A stretch of DNA of 29,355 bases, taken from IMG/VR virus record IMGVR_UViG_2541047722_000019; one strand, given 5' to 3'. The position numbers were made by a program, and so were the translations under genes. Numbering within the stretch: position 1 is the stretch's first letter; every line of letters begins with the position of its first letter. The notes below the pieces were generated by a model. It ran no database searches. It was given only the letters and a program-made list of their open reading frames with translations, and was not told where the DNA came from. The stretch comes from a virus (Duplodnaviria > Heunggongvirae > Uroviricota > Caudoviricetes). Shown here in pieces: positions 8,539 to 17,386 of this stretch.

Positions 8539-8997
8539 TCAGCGACGGGCCGCTGATTCAAGATGGCGGACAATGGTATCGAGGATGGGGATTACCACTT
8601 CAGGCTGTAGTTCTCCATCCCCCGTCACCGGCAGGAACGGGCGGGCCGGAAGTTCAACAGACTCATTACGCCCCGTTTTACCCCCGAACTGGTGAATGGC
8701 ACCGTAAACAACGTTGGTCCCCACAACAGCCTGCCGGTCGTCATGGTCGGTTGATACTGACCCCATCAGACGCCCGGTATCCTGCAGTGTCTGCCCGTCA
8801 CGTTCTTCCGCTGCCAGCGAGGGCATCCACCCCGGACGCCCCTCATCAAGAAAGTTAAACTGTGTTTCCGCCAGCAGGGTTCCGGCGATTTTGCGCATCG
8901 CGGGCTCCAGGTCTGTGGCAGCAAGATCCAGCGCACGGAGGCTCCGGCGCAGGGACTTATCGTTAATGGTGATACTGACCAGGTTATCGGAAGCCAT
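8539..8997 (-). CDS. Virion morphogenesis protein (Mu G-like by position)
   Basis: 152 aa, GAGAGGA upstream of ATG, between the F-like gene and the intergenic terminator. Confidence 0.6.
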   Translation of the reverse strand: MASDNLVSITINDKSLRRSLRALDLAATDLEPAMRKIAGTLLAETQFNFLDEGRPGWMPSLAAEERDGQTLQDTGRLMGSVSTDHDDRQAVVGTNVVYGAIHQFGGKTGRNESVELPARPFLPVTGDGELQPEVVIPILDTIVRHLESAARR

Positions 8998-8999
8998 TG

Positions 9000-9821
9000 T
9001 TATCCTCTCAGTTCCTGTTGTGCCAGTGGCTGAAGCGTACCCTGATAGCGGGCCAGGTCGGGACGGTATGCTGCCCCCGGTGCATAAGACCAGCCGACGT
9101 CGGTGGTCACCTTCGTGGTGCCGGTATTAAAGGTGGCCACGTTCCGCATTTCGCCGGTTTTCTCTGAGACCAGTTTCAGTTCCTGGCCCATGGCAGAGCC
9201 GGAGCTGATAACCTTCAGGCCACGGGCACGGACATCCGCCGCACTCAGGGCAATCACACTACAGCGGCAGCGCCAGCCGTTCGGCGGGTAAAATGCCTGC
9301 CAGAACGGGTCATCCCAGCGCAGCACCAGACCATGCAGCGCCAGATGGCTCCTGCGGGTATGGCTGTCGTTGATGCCGGTATACATCCAGTACGGCCTGT
9401 CGTCGACGTTTTCCATCTGCTCCGCCCAACGACCGGCGCTGTAGAGTACGGACATATTGGTGCGAAAGATGGTGTCGAGCCGCCACGGGCTGCCCTGCTG
9501 AATGGTGACCGGCTCACCCGTTACCGGGTCAGTCGTGTCACGTGGTCCCCACCATCCCTTACGCTTCAGCACCGGCTCCAGCTCCTGCCGGAACCAGCGA
9601 TCGGTTTTTCCTTCATCGACAGCCTGCTGCAGTGCCCCGCGAATATCTTCCAGAATATCCAGGCGGGTCACTTTAGCGACGGTAAAGGCGCGGGCATGGG
9701 CTTCCTGCCACATTTCTTCCCAGTCCCAGGTAATCTGATACCCTTTGGACTTCAGGTAACTGACTGCCCGCTTCGGGGGAAGCGTCATGCAGTACGCCAG
9801 TTCAGCCGTTGTCACGCTCAT
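9000..9821 (-). CDS. Head morphogenesis protein (Mu F family)
   Basis: Contains the NGWRCRCSV (N-x-x-R-C-R-C) motif typical of Mu F-like proteins. The track start is TTG at 9848; ATG 9821 with GGGGG upstream is preferred; ATG 9788 is an alternative. Confidence 0.7.
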   Translation of the reverse strand: MSVTTAELAYCMTLPPKRAVSYLKSKGYQITWDWEEMWQEAHARAFTVAKVTRLDILEDIRGALQQAVDEGKTDRWFRQELEPVLKRKGWWGPRDTTDPVTGEPVTIQQGSPWRLDTIFRTNMSVLYSAGRWAEQMENVDDRPYWMYTGINDSHTRRSHLALHGLVLRWDDPFWQAFYPPNGWRCRCSVIALSAADVRARGLKVISSGSAMGQELKLVSEKTGEMRNVATFNTGTTKVTTDVGWSYAPGAAYRPDLARYQGTLQPLAQQELRG

Positions 9822-11298
9822 GCAGACGCCCCCAGATATTTGCCACAAAGAGAATGCGGGCCAGCCGTTCCTGCAGATCGTCCGTGTTCATCTGAGGGTA
9901 GAGCTCCGCCAGTTCGCCCAGCAGCTCAGACGGGTTAACCCCGTTTTCGACCCGCTTAAACAGAGGTGCCAGGACGGGTTCCAGCGTGCCATTTAACACA
10001 CCTCCGTTCATCAGAATGTCCAGCGCGTCGTCAAGCTGCTGCTGAGCCTGAATATCGGCATCAATCGCCTCGGCAAATGACAGCGGCAGCATGTTATTCT
10101 GGCGTTCCGACGGTGGTGTCTCGTCAATATCGCCGTCCTGCAGCTGGTACTCACGCTTAAAGTATTGCGGGGTCAGACGCAGACCCGCCCGGGTGAGTTT
10201 TTCGTCGCGGGTGGCGCGGGTGTCATCAATGGTCTCCTGTTCCCACATGGCCCAGACCGGACACGGCACATCGCCGAAGTTCAGGGTGACCACCGTTCTG
10301 ATAACCTGATTCACTGCTGCCTGAATGATGTCCGCATCCGCATCGCGGATATCAGCCGTTACCTCCAGCCCGGCCTGTGCAGAGGCCTTGTTACTGTTCG
10401 CTTCCGTGGTCTGATTCTGACCAAGTAATGCAATGGAGATCTCACTGCGTGACAGTGTGATCAGCTCGCGGAATACCTCGCTGCTGTCCGCCTTACCATC
10501 CGCGGCTTTGAGTTCGATGCTGCTGTCATCGGGGATGGCGGCCACCGCGTCCTCCACCATCTGCTCCATGGAGTCCAGCAGTTTTTCAATCTCTGCATCA
10601 TTTGCACCCCTCGGGTGCTTACCGATCACCCACGGGGAGCCAAACTTTTCGGCAAAGCGGAGCCAGAATTTCATCCCGCCTTTCTTGAAGGCGACCGGCC
10701 AGAAGCACATGGACAGGTCCGGGAAACCGTAAGGATTGTCATACGAGGCATCCTGTGCCGGCACCACGAATTTTGACGGTGACAGCAGCTCACCCTCCAC
10801 ACCCGCATCACGCGCCCGGAAGCGCAGGCAGTTGTCCGTATCAAACTGAAACCACTCAGGCGGTTTGCCGACAATATCCGTCACTGCCCACGCCCTGACC
10901 GAACGGCCCCACATGATTTCACAGGGCTGATACCCGTAGAGCACGGCATCACTCATCTCACCGATGATGCGGGACAGATCCAGATCGTCGAGCATGTCGC
11001 GGATGAAACGGAAGACCCGGGCAGAAGCGTGACCGCGCTCCAGTCCACGCTCCAGTGATTTGAGCGCTGCTTTACGTCTGCGGATACAGCCCCCGACCAG
11101 CGGGTCGGTGCGCAGTTCGCGGTAGATACGGATATCCCGTCCCTGAGCCTTGAGAATGGGATCAGGATTGGGCAGATACATGCCCAGTCCGTAAAAGTCG
11201 ATCGCGCGGCTGCGGGAGGCAATCTGCGCGGTCAGTGATTTCTGAGGCTCAGAAAAAGCAACAAATTCATCGGGTGAAACCCAGATACCCCTCGCCAT
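9802..11298 (-). CDS. Portal protein (Mu gp29-like)
   Basis: 498 aa between large terminase and the F-like gene; ATG overlaps the terminase stop (TGATG). Confidence 0.7.
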   Translation of the reverse strand: MARGIWVSPDEFVAFSEPQKSLTAQIASRSRAIDFYGLGMYLPNPDPILKAQGRDIRIYRELRTDPLVGGCIRRRKAALKSLERGLERGHASARVFRFIRDMLDDLDLSRIIGEMSDAVLYGYQPCEIMWGRSVRAWAVTDIVGKPPEWFQFDTDNCLRFRARDAGVEGELLSPSKFVVPAQDASYDNPYGFPDLSMCFWPVAFKKGGMKFWLRFAEKFGSPWVIGKHPRGANDAEIEKLLDSMEQMVEDAVAAIPDDSSIELKAADGKADSSEVFRELITLSRSEISIALLGQNQTTEANSNKASAQAGLEVTADIRDADADIIQAAVNQVIRTVVTLNFGDVPCPVWAMWEQETIDDTRATRDEKLTRAGLRLTPQYFKREYQLQDGDIDETPPSERQNNMLPLSFAEAIDADIQAQQQLDDALDILMNGGVLNGTLEPVLAPLFKRVENGVNPSELLGELAELYPQMNTDDLQERLARILFVANIWGRLHERDNG

Positions 11299-12821
11299 CA
11301 GAATCCCTCCAGCATACGGGCCGCCTGACGACGACGGCGTGAGCTTGCCTTCACCGGCCCTTTGTTAATTTCACGGCTGGCGAAATACGCCAGCGCCAGT
11401 GCGATGGCTGAATCCCCGTGACGTTTACCACCATCAGCCTTTGCTTTTGAGCGTTGCTCCGGCACGCGGGGGACACCGTTCACCACCTGAACGGCCCGCA
11501 GGTCATCCAGTGTGTCTTCATCCTTTGGTAAGTCCACCAGGTTACCGTCTTCCAGTGCAGCTTTGACCGGAGGCATATGCTCCCGGTACCAGCCTTCGGT
11601 TGGCATCACCTGCTGAACCCGGCCGGAGCCGTAGCGCTGCATGGCGTATTCAGCCAGATAGGCACCATTACCACGGGCATCAAACGCTGCACCCAGCAGA
11701 CCGGGCAGGCCATCCATCAGATACCAGGTGATTTGCTCCTGCTGCCTGAACGGCACGTTACGCAACTCCAGTACGAATGGCACGCGTCGTATCAGGTTCT
11801 TCTCCTGCAACAACGGGTAGTCCACCGACAAATCCCCGCTACGGCCAAAGTCACGCCCCAGAAAAGAGCGGGCACCAGCGGGGAGCGCCTCCAGTAATGG
11901 TTTCAGATGCTCATCAAGCCAGTCCTGCGTCTCGCGGAAGCGAACCTCATCAGACAGCAGTTCATAACCTTCCTTGCAGGTCAGACGCAATACCGGCGTA
12001 TCAGCGGACATGCGGGACTCTATCAGGGCTCGGGACAGCCAGGCACCGCCACCGTTGGCCGGAATACAGTCAAGCTCTTCGGATGCACCGGCACCGTAGA
12101 ATTTGTACACCGACGCCATCCAGGCCTGCTCGGATGCCTCCGACCATTCCTTCCCGGTGCGCAGACAAACGCGCCGGAACAGCCCCTCAGATACGGCTTC
12201 CCGGAAAGTGATGCGATGTACGCTGCCTCCCTGACGTCCGGCACGGATATCCCCGATAAGCGTATTGAACGGATTGTCGTCACCGTCATGGGTGGAGATA
12301 ACGCGTACCTTTCCCCCCCAGATAAGCATCGCCAGCGCCGCTTTCAGCAGTTCGTCCAGTTGCTCATGGAACGCCGCTTCGTCGATAACAATAATACCCT
12401 GACGGCCACGCAGGTTAGACGGGCGGCTGGAGAGCGCAACAATACGAAAGCCGGAGTCAGGAAATTTGATGGTGTAAGTCCTGATGTGTTTGTCGTCGTC
12501 GTCCTCTTCCCAGAATCCTTCTTCAATTTCACTGGCCGCATAGTTGAATGCCCGTGCCCACATCGCACACGCCTGAATGTATTCGACGGTCATGTCCTGG
12601 TTATAAGCGATGTAATACACATTCATCCCGCCTGCTGGCGCAGAAGAGGCGGCGGTCAGTACGTTATCGGATGCCTCAGCCCATGTAATACCGGTACGAC
12701 GGCTCTTTTCTATCACCTTAAGCGGAGAGGCATCTGCCACCCAGCGCTGCTGGTAGGGCAACAGAACGGGAGGGGCCTTATAACTCGCGGTGTCAGGAAT
12801 GTGCGGCGGCAGCTCCGTCAT
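11298..12821 (-). CDS. Terminase large subunit
   Basis: 507 aa; terminase-type P-loop variant KSRRTGIT and Walker B IIVIDEAAF; acidic EEDDDD linker. Start overlaps the upstream gene (ATGA). Confidence 0.8.
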   Translation of the reverse strand: MTELPPHIPDTASYKAPPVLLPYQQRWVADASPLKVIEKSRRTGITWAEASDNVLTAASSAPAGGMNVYYIAYNQDMTVEYIQACAMWARAFNYAASEIEEGFWEEDDDDKHIRTYTIKFPDSGFRIVALSSRPSNLRGRQGIIVIDEAAFHEQLDELLKAALAMLIWGGKVRVISTHDGDDNPFNTLIGDIRAGRQGGSVHRITFREAVSEGLFRRVCLRTGKEWSEASEQAWMASVYKFYGAGASEELDCIPANGGGAWLSRALIESRMSADTPVLRLTCKEGYELLSDEVRFRETQDWLDEHLKPLLEALPAGARSFLGRDFGRSGDLSVDYPLLQEKNLIRRVPFVLELRNVPFRQQEQITWYLMDGLPGLLGAAFDARGNGAYLAEYAMQRYGSGRVQQVMPTEGWYREHMPPVKAALEDGNLVDLPKDEDTLDDLRAVQVVNGVPRVPEQRSKAKADGGKRHGDSAIALALAYFASREINKGPVKASSRRRRQAARMLEGF

Positions 12822-13360
12822 GATACCACCCCCAGAATTTCCCGGCGCAGTGCCTGTACGGCTTCCGCAGAGAGCCCGCCCTTACGGGCAATTTTCTCGG
12901 CGGCAGCGGCAGCACGTTCAACCCTCTCTCTGACTTCTGCCTGATAGCGCTTGAGGTTGACCGAGGCGCGGGTCAGTGTGGCGATATTTTTTGAAGCCGT
13001 TGCCAGCAGTTTTGCCCGGGCGAAGGGATCGTCGTTTTCCCGCGACTCCTGCAGGCGCATCAGGATATCCGTCATTTCGGTCTGGACGAGGGTTATCAGC
13101 CCGGCTGAACGGTCATCAGGATCGTCTCCGGCCTCCCGGGCAAGCAGACGCGCTGCCTCGGTTGCCGCCCGCACCCGGGCCAGTTGCTGCTCCATTTTGT
13201 AGCCAAACCGCTGCAGGGAAGAGCGGGTGATGCTGTACCCCTTTTCCTTCAACAGACTTTCAAGCTCTGCATAGCCGGTGAAATTATTCTCCGTCAGTGC
13301 CCGCTCAAGCCAGCGACGGACCTCCTTCGGCAGAGAATCAATGCTGCTGCGACGTCCCAT
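12818..13360 (-). CDS. Putative terminase small subunit (Mu gp27-like by position)
   Basis: Basic/helical protein directly upstream of the large terminase. The track ORF starts GTG at 13366; first ATG is 13360. Confidence 0.55.
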   Translation of the reverse strand: MGRRSSIDSLPKEVRRWLERALTENNFTGYAELESLLKEKGYSITRSSLQRFGYKMEQQLARVRAATEAARLLAREAGDDPDDRSAGLITLVQTEMTDILMRLQESRENDDPFARAKLLATASKNIATLTRASVNLKRYQAEVRERVERAAAAAEKIARKGGLSAEAVQALRREILGVVS

Positions 13361-13362
13361 AA

Positions 13363-13674
13363 TCACTCACTCCAGTATTTTTCCGGGCGGGCAATACCGG
13401 GGCCGCATTCCACGGTGTATTCCACAATATCCACACCAAGGCGACTCAGATCGGCAAACCAGTCACCGGAAGGCCTCTTCTCCAGTTCCACCATCTTGCG
13501 ATCTGCCAGGTAATCAAGCTCACGGCGCAGCTCCAGTTGCGTGGTGTCCGGGTAGATGGCGCGGGACACTTCCAGCAGCAGCGTCTCGCTGGCGGTATAA
13601 GGGCGGGTTTTGTTCAGGGCAACCAGCAGACTCCAGCGCAGGGATTCGCGGCGTACCCGGGTAATATCGACCAT
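13363..13674 (-). CDS. Hypothetical protein
   Basis: 103 aa; ATG overlaps upstream stop; between lysis cassette and terminase genes. Confidence 0.4.
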   Translation of the reverse strand: MVDITRVRRESLRWSLLVALNKTRPYTASETLLLEVSRAIYPDTTQLELRRELDYLADRKMVELEKRPSGDWFADLSRLGVDIVEYTVECGPGIARPEKYWSE

Positions 13675-14000
13675 TATTGACCTCCGGTATTGCGGTACTG
13701 CTGTACCACTTCCAGTTTGTTGTAGAGCGCGTCCAGTTTGGCCTCGATGACTGTCTGGCCACGGATATAATCCTCGCGACGGACATAATTCAGCGGTAAA
13801 TCCGCTTTAAATCGCATAAATTCTTTTTCCAGTTCGCCCCAGTTGGAGGCGGACTGTTGCAGGGCCTGCTCAAGGGAGGCGAATCGTGCCGCCTGGCGTT
13901 CTTCTGTTTTACTGAACAACCATTTGGCGAGCCCTCCCACAAACCCCATGAAGGTGAGCAAAAAACTCACCACCGTCCAGAATTCAACCTGCAGTGTCAT
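13674..14000 (-). CDS. Membrane-anchored coiled-coil protein (possible lysis accessory)
   Basis: 108 aa with N-terminal hydrophobic segment FWTVVSFLLTFMGFVGGLAKWLF then a helical region; GGAAGGA upstream of ATG; immediately after the spanin pair. Confidence 0.4.
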   Translation of the reverse strand: MTLQVEFWTVVSFLLTFMGFVGGLAKWLFSKTEERQAARFASLEQALQQSASNWGELEKEFMRFKADLPLNYVRREDYIRGQTVIEAKLDALYNKLEVVQQYRNTGGQ

Positions 14001-14650
14001 TTCTGTAATCCTTCCCGTTCATCCAGTAGCGCGTTTATCTGGTTTCGCCAGCGACGACATTGCCCTGCGTTGTCGATGATGTTGGCAAGGACGTCAAGCT
14101 GGGAGACACCCGAATTGCGTAACCGGGCGTCAGCGGTTTCAGGTTGCCCGGTCGCTGCGCCAGTGCCGGTGCCAGCGGCGGCAACTGAGTCTGAATGACC
14201 GGTGTCGACGGATGCGTTGTCGTATCCGAGTGCGGCGTTGTACTGGCGCACGAAACCGCGAGTAAACACGCACTCAATGGGATGGCTCTTACCTTTTTCA
14301 TCAATCCAGCGCTGTGTGACATCGTTAATTTGCCCCTGTAGTTGTTTGTTCTGGTCCTCCAGTTGAGCAATCTGCTCAAGATAACCAGCTTCAGCCCGTT
14401 GCCCGGCGGCTACCTGCTCCTGATAACGCTCAGACCATGCGCGCAACGCCGCCACCTCACGCCGGGCCTGTTCTGCCCGGTATCCGTCAAAATCCGCCTG
14501 CAGGCGGCTGAGCGCCGCCTGACCGTCAGCGGAGGCCCGGTCGTGGCCTGTGCTGTATCCCAGCCACCAGATCGCCAGCAGGAAGGTGTTCAGGAGAATG
14601 GCCAGCATAATGACCCGCCACGGCAGCGACCGTAACTTACGTACCCACAC
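13997..14650 (-). CDS. i-spanin (Rz-like)
   Basis: Short basic N-terminus then TM (RKLRSLPWRVIMLAILLNTFLLAIWWLGY), followed by a long Q/A/E-rich coiled-coil. GTG 14650 has GGGGAGGGG upstream; in-frame alternatives are ATG 14752 and ATG 14608. Confidence 0.6.
   Translation of the reverse strand: MWVRKLRSLPWRVIMLAILLNTFLLAIWWLGYSTGHDRASADGQAALSRLQADFDGYRAEQARREVAALRAWSERYQEQVAAGQRAEAGYLEQIAQLEDQNKQLQGQINDVTQRWIDEKGKSHPIECVFTRGFVRQYNAALGYDNASVDTGHSDSVAAAGTGTGAATGQPETADARLRNSGVSQLDVLANIIDNAGQCRRWRNQINALLDEREGLQK
14035..14301 (-). CDS. o-spanin (Rz1-like lipoprotein) embedded in the i-spanin gene
   Basis: Alternate frame wholly inside 13997..14650. Lipoprotein signal MKKVRAIPLSACLLAVSC followed by a Pro/Thr/Ser-rich periplasmic domain. 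Confidence 0.6.
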   Translation of the reverse strand: MKKVRAIPLSACLLAVSCASTTPHSDTTTHPSTPVIQTQLPPLAPALAQRPGNLKPLTPGYAIRVSPSLTSLPTSSTTQGNVVAGETR

Positions 14651-15374
14651 AGCTTGCCCCTCCCCATGAGAGATAACGCGGGGCCAGCGTGAACAGGATG
14701 CGCTGGGGATAATGACGGTTCTCCCGCCAGCTGGCAGTGCTGCGTCCGGCATTCACCGTGGCGACATGACCAAACCAGCGGGTGCTGTCCAGCCCTTTTT
14801 GTGATGCAAGCCGCCTGTCCCGCTGTACCCAGCCCAGACCACCGTTATAGCCCGACAGTGTCATGGCCATACGCTCGCAGTCACTGGCGGCGCTGACGCG
14901 CTGCCACAGCCAGCGGTCATAGCTGACCAGCGCCCGGATGGCCCATGCCGGATTAAATGGCTCACGGCTGTTAAGCCCCGGCATCAACTGACTTATCCAG
15001 TCGGCGGTGGCGGGCATGAACTGCGCCAGTCCCTGAGCGCCAACCGGCGAGATCGCATCAGGTCGCCAGCCGCTTTCCTGATGCAGTTGCGCAGCGAAAT
15101 CAGCCACCGGCGCAGACAGTCCCCATTCAAGCCGGGCATTACGGATCACATCATCGCGATACTGCAGCGCTGCCTGCGGAGGCTGCGCTGCGCGGGCCTG
15201 ACTGAAGAAGCCGCCACACCAGAGCAACATTGCGACAAAGAATACCCGTGCCATATGAACCAGAAAGGTCCCGGCGCGGACTGACAGGCGTTCGGTTCTG
15301 ATGAAGACCCTAAAGGCTTCGAAAGCCAGTTTCAGGGACATGCATACAATCCAGGTGATCTGCGGCCAGTTCAT
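14637..15374 (-). CDS. Endolysin, lytic transglycosylase with N-terminal signal or SAR-like segment
   Basis: Family-1 transglycosylase motif HQESGWRPDAISPVGAQGLAQFMPATA. Hydrophobic N-terminal segment MARVFFVAMLLWCGGFF. True start may be ATG 15254 (M41) rather than 15374. Confidence 0.75.
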   Translation of the reverse strand: MNWPQITWIVCMSLKLAFEAFRVFIRTERLSVRAGTFLVHMARVFFVAMLLWCGGFFSQARAAQPPQAALQYRDDVIRNARLEWGLSAPVADFAAQLHQESGWRPDAISPVGAQGLAQFMPATADWISQLMPGLNSREPFNPAWAIRALVSYDRWLWQRVSAASDCERMAMTLSGYNGGLGWVQRDRRLASQKGLDSTRWFGHVATVNAGRSTASWRENRHYPQRILFTLAPRYLSWGGASCVGT

Positions 15375-15376
15375 GA

Positions 15377-15727
15377 TTAAAGCCCCATCGCAACAGCCAG
15401 ACAGACCGCTGCAACAATCAGTGCACGGCGGATTAACGCAGCAGAAAACACCAGGTGAAGGCCGGTCTGTACCGGGAAACGCCCATCAGCCATCAGCCTG
15501 TCGTCATGTTTCAGGTACTGACCGGGACGGGCTTTGGGGAAGAGCGAACGGTCAAGCCAGTAACCCAGCACTGCTGCCAGCGTGATGAGTGCCAGCTTGT
15601 AGATCACAACAGGCAACTGCTGTGGCGAGACCAGAGCGATGGTGCCCAGCAACAGCACTGAGGTCAGCAGCCAGCCGCTGAGGCGAGGTTTTTTAACAGG
15701 GGGAATGAATTTTTTCAGGTTTTTCAT
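15377..15727 (-). CDS. Holin-like membrane protein (first late cistron)
   Basis: Three predicted hydrophobic helices. ATG 15727 has GGAG 6 nt upstream; the track ORF extends to GTG 15760. Sits directly upstream of the endolysin gene. Confidence 0.45.
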   Translation of the reverse strand: MKNLKKFIPPVKKPRLSGWLLTSVLLLGTIALVSPQQLPVVIYKLALITLAAVLGYWLDRSLFPKARPGQYLKHDDRLMADGRFPVQTGLHLVFSAALIRRALIVAAVCLAVAMGL

Positions 15728-15857
15728 GTGTGTCTCCTTGTCTGGTGGAGACAGCATCACAAATACAGGGCGCGAAGGATTTTAAAGCGCGTTAAGAGAG
15801 CCGGGGATACGGGATGTGCAGGATAAACGATGAATTATTCACAGAGGAGAATACGAT
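15728..15857. promoter_or_regulatory. Divergent promoter region (late operon leftward, cargo operon rightward) with RBS-overlapping inverted repeat
   Basis: 130-bp gap between divergent starts 15727 (-) and 15858 (+). Perfect inverted repeat TGTCTCC(9)GGAGACA at 15731-15753, whose one arm is the GGAG ribosome-binding site of the late gene. Confidence 0.4.
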
Positions 15858-16601
15858 ATGACGCAGACACTGAATCCGGTCATCACTGTCACCGTGTCCG
15901 GTCCTGTGGGCAGCGGTAAAAGTTACATATTGGCGCGGATAGAGGAAGTGGTGAAACAGGAATTCGGGGGCAGCGTCATTGTCGATGCTGCAGACGTAGA
16001 TGATGAGCGGCGTATGAGTGGCGATGATCTGACGACCTGGCAGAAGCCACGGGGTGGCACAGTGATCAGGCTGGAGGAATACACGGGACAGGGCCTGTTG
16101 TCATACGGCGAGGAGCGTATCTGTCGGACGAATGAGCTGCTGGATGTTATATGCCCCACGGGCCGGCAACCCTGGATACTGCCCGATGCACTGCATGCCA
16201 CCATTGCGGCACTGATGACAGTTTACGATCAGGAGCTGCTCATGAAGGAGCTACGTAAACTCACCGGTCAGCCAACAGAATGTTTTTCTGCCCCGAAGTA
16301 CGGGAAACAGGAACACATCCCGGTGAACACGCTCCCCGTTAACCAGCCTCCCCGGTTCTTCGACGAATACATTCTGACACCGGAAAATAAAGCTGAGCAC
16401 GAAGAGATCAAAGCGGCGTTGTTCCGGGAAATCAGGAAGATTGCTGAAATGCAACTGGGGGGCGGGCTGGACAGAGTGATGGCGAGAGGAGAATGGGAGT
16501 CGCTGTTTGAAAGAGTTTCCCCGGAATTACTTCCCCTCGCACTGGCTATCGGGATTATGCAGACAGCGGATAAACCTCACTTACGTTCATTAAACACGTA
16601 A
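15858..16601 (+). CDS. P-loop NTPase of unknown function
   Basis: ATG with AGAGGAGA 7 nt upstream. Walker A GPVGSGKS at residues 15-22. No resemblance to phage structural, lysis or transposition proteins that I recognise. Confidence 0.6.
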   Translation: MTQTLNPVITVTVSGPVGSGKSYILARIEEVVKQEFGGSVIVDAADVDDERRMSGDDLTTWQKPRGGTVIRLEEYTGQGLLSYGEERICRTNELLDVICPTGRQPWILPDALHATIAALMTVYDQELLMKELRKLTGQPTECFSAPKYGKQEHIPVNTLPVNQPPRFFDEYILTPENKAEHEEIKAALFREIRKIAEMQLGGGLDRVMARGEWESLFERVSPELLPLALAIGIMQTADKPHLRSLNT

Positions 16602-16981
16602 CGCATAATCCGGGATACGCATTCAGCGATGACTGCATTTTCACCGGTTTTTACTGCATCCAGAAGTGACTCTTTAAATGGTGCGGGCCGGGGCTGCAGA
16701 AGGGTCGGCGTGGCATTGAGCAGACGGAGCGTTTTTTCCGTGAGGACGACATCAGCCGCTCCCACAGCCAGCAACTGAGAGTAACGAATATAGCTGTTAT
16801 CCCGAAGCCATATCAGCGTATCAATAAAATACCGGCACTTTTTCTGGTCGTGATCAACCTGGTCCGGGATATCGAAAAAACCAGAATAAATCAAAACCTG
16901 AGGTGCCGGATGCGTGTTCAGTAATCGGCAGAATATTTTGCCGGTGAGTGCATAAAAATCATCATTTAAGGAGTGCATCAT
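16577..16981 (-). CDS. Hypothetical protein, convergent with and overlapping the P-loop gene 3' end
   Basis: 134-codon ORF that exactly fills the 378-bp stretch where the plus strand has no ORF. 3' ends overlap by 25 bp (16577-16601). Lower GC by eye. Confidence 0.4.
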   Translation of the reverse strand: MMHSLNDDFYALTGKIFCRLLNTHPAPQVLIYSGFFDIPDQVDHDQKKCRYFIDTLIWLRDNSYIRYSQLLAVGAADVVLTEKTLRLLNATPTLLQPRPAPFKESLLDAVKTGENAVIAECVSRIMRYVFNERK

Positions 16982-17195
16982 GAATCCCCGATTAACGTTA
17001 ACAGAACATCAGCGCCGTGCTGAAGCAGTGAACAATGTTCTGGAAGATATTATCCGGTTACATCGCGGAGAACTGAGTGTCTGTCGTGCCGCTTTTCATT
17101 TTCAGGGAATACAAAAGCAGTTTGATACTTCTGTTTTTGCAGAAGGTATTACTTATGCCCTGGACCGGATAAGGTCAGAAAATCGCCCCGGATAA
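16980..17195 (+). CDS. Small hypothetical protein
   Basis: 71-aa ORF with AAGGAG 7 nt upstream of ATG. Its start codon is back-to-back with the start of the minus-strand ORF, so both are unlikely to have independent promoters. Confidence 0.3.
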   Translation: MNPRLTLTEHQRRAEAVNNVLEDIIRLHRGELSVCRAAFHFQGIQKQFDTSVFAEGITYALDRIRSENRPG

Positions 17196-17251
17196 TCCCT
17201 AAACCACATTAACAGAAATCCCACTATCCCTGCCGCATCATGAAAGAACGA

Positions 17252-17282
17252 CCAGCCCGGTGCTTCGGACCCACCGGGCTGG
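17252..17282. other. GC-rich perfect hairpin (11-bp stem, CTTCGG-containing loop)
   Basis: CCAGCCCGGTG-cttcggacc-CACCGGGCTGG. No clean T-tract on the plus strand; a weak one (TCGTTCTTTCA) on the minus strand. Confidence 0.35.
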
Positions 17283-17386
17283 CCATCGTCCCACAGAAGT
17301 GGCTGTGAGCCGACCGAGGTTCAGTCAGTCTCGCGAGACCAGACTAGCCTGCCATATTTTTAATAATTGTAAAAGGCTTACAGATT

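Noticed and set aside
9333-12944. Plus-strand ORFs 9333..9938, 11777..12211 and 11907..12944
   Set aside because: Antisense to the F-like, portal and terminase genes; Pro/Arg-rich translations typical of GC-rich antisense frames.
1-17000. Structural module as P2-like because the tube resembles P2 FII
   Set aside because: Gene order matches Mu, not P2, and the element carries transposition genes; tube and sheath proteins are shared across contractile-tail phages.
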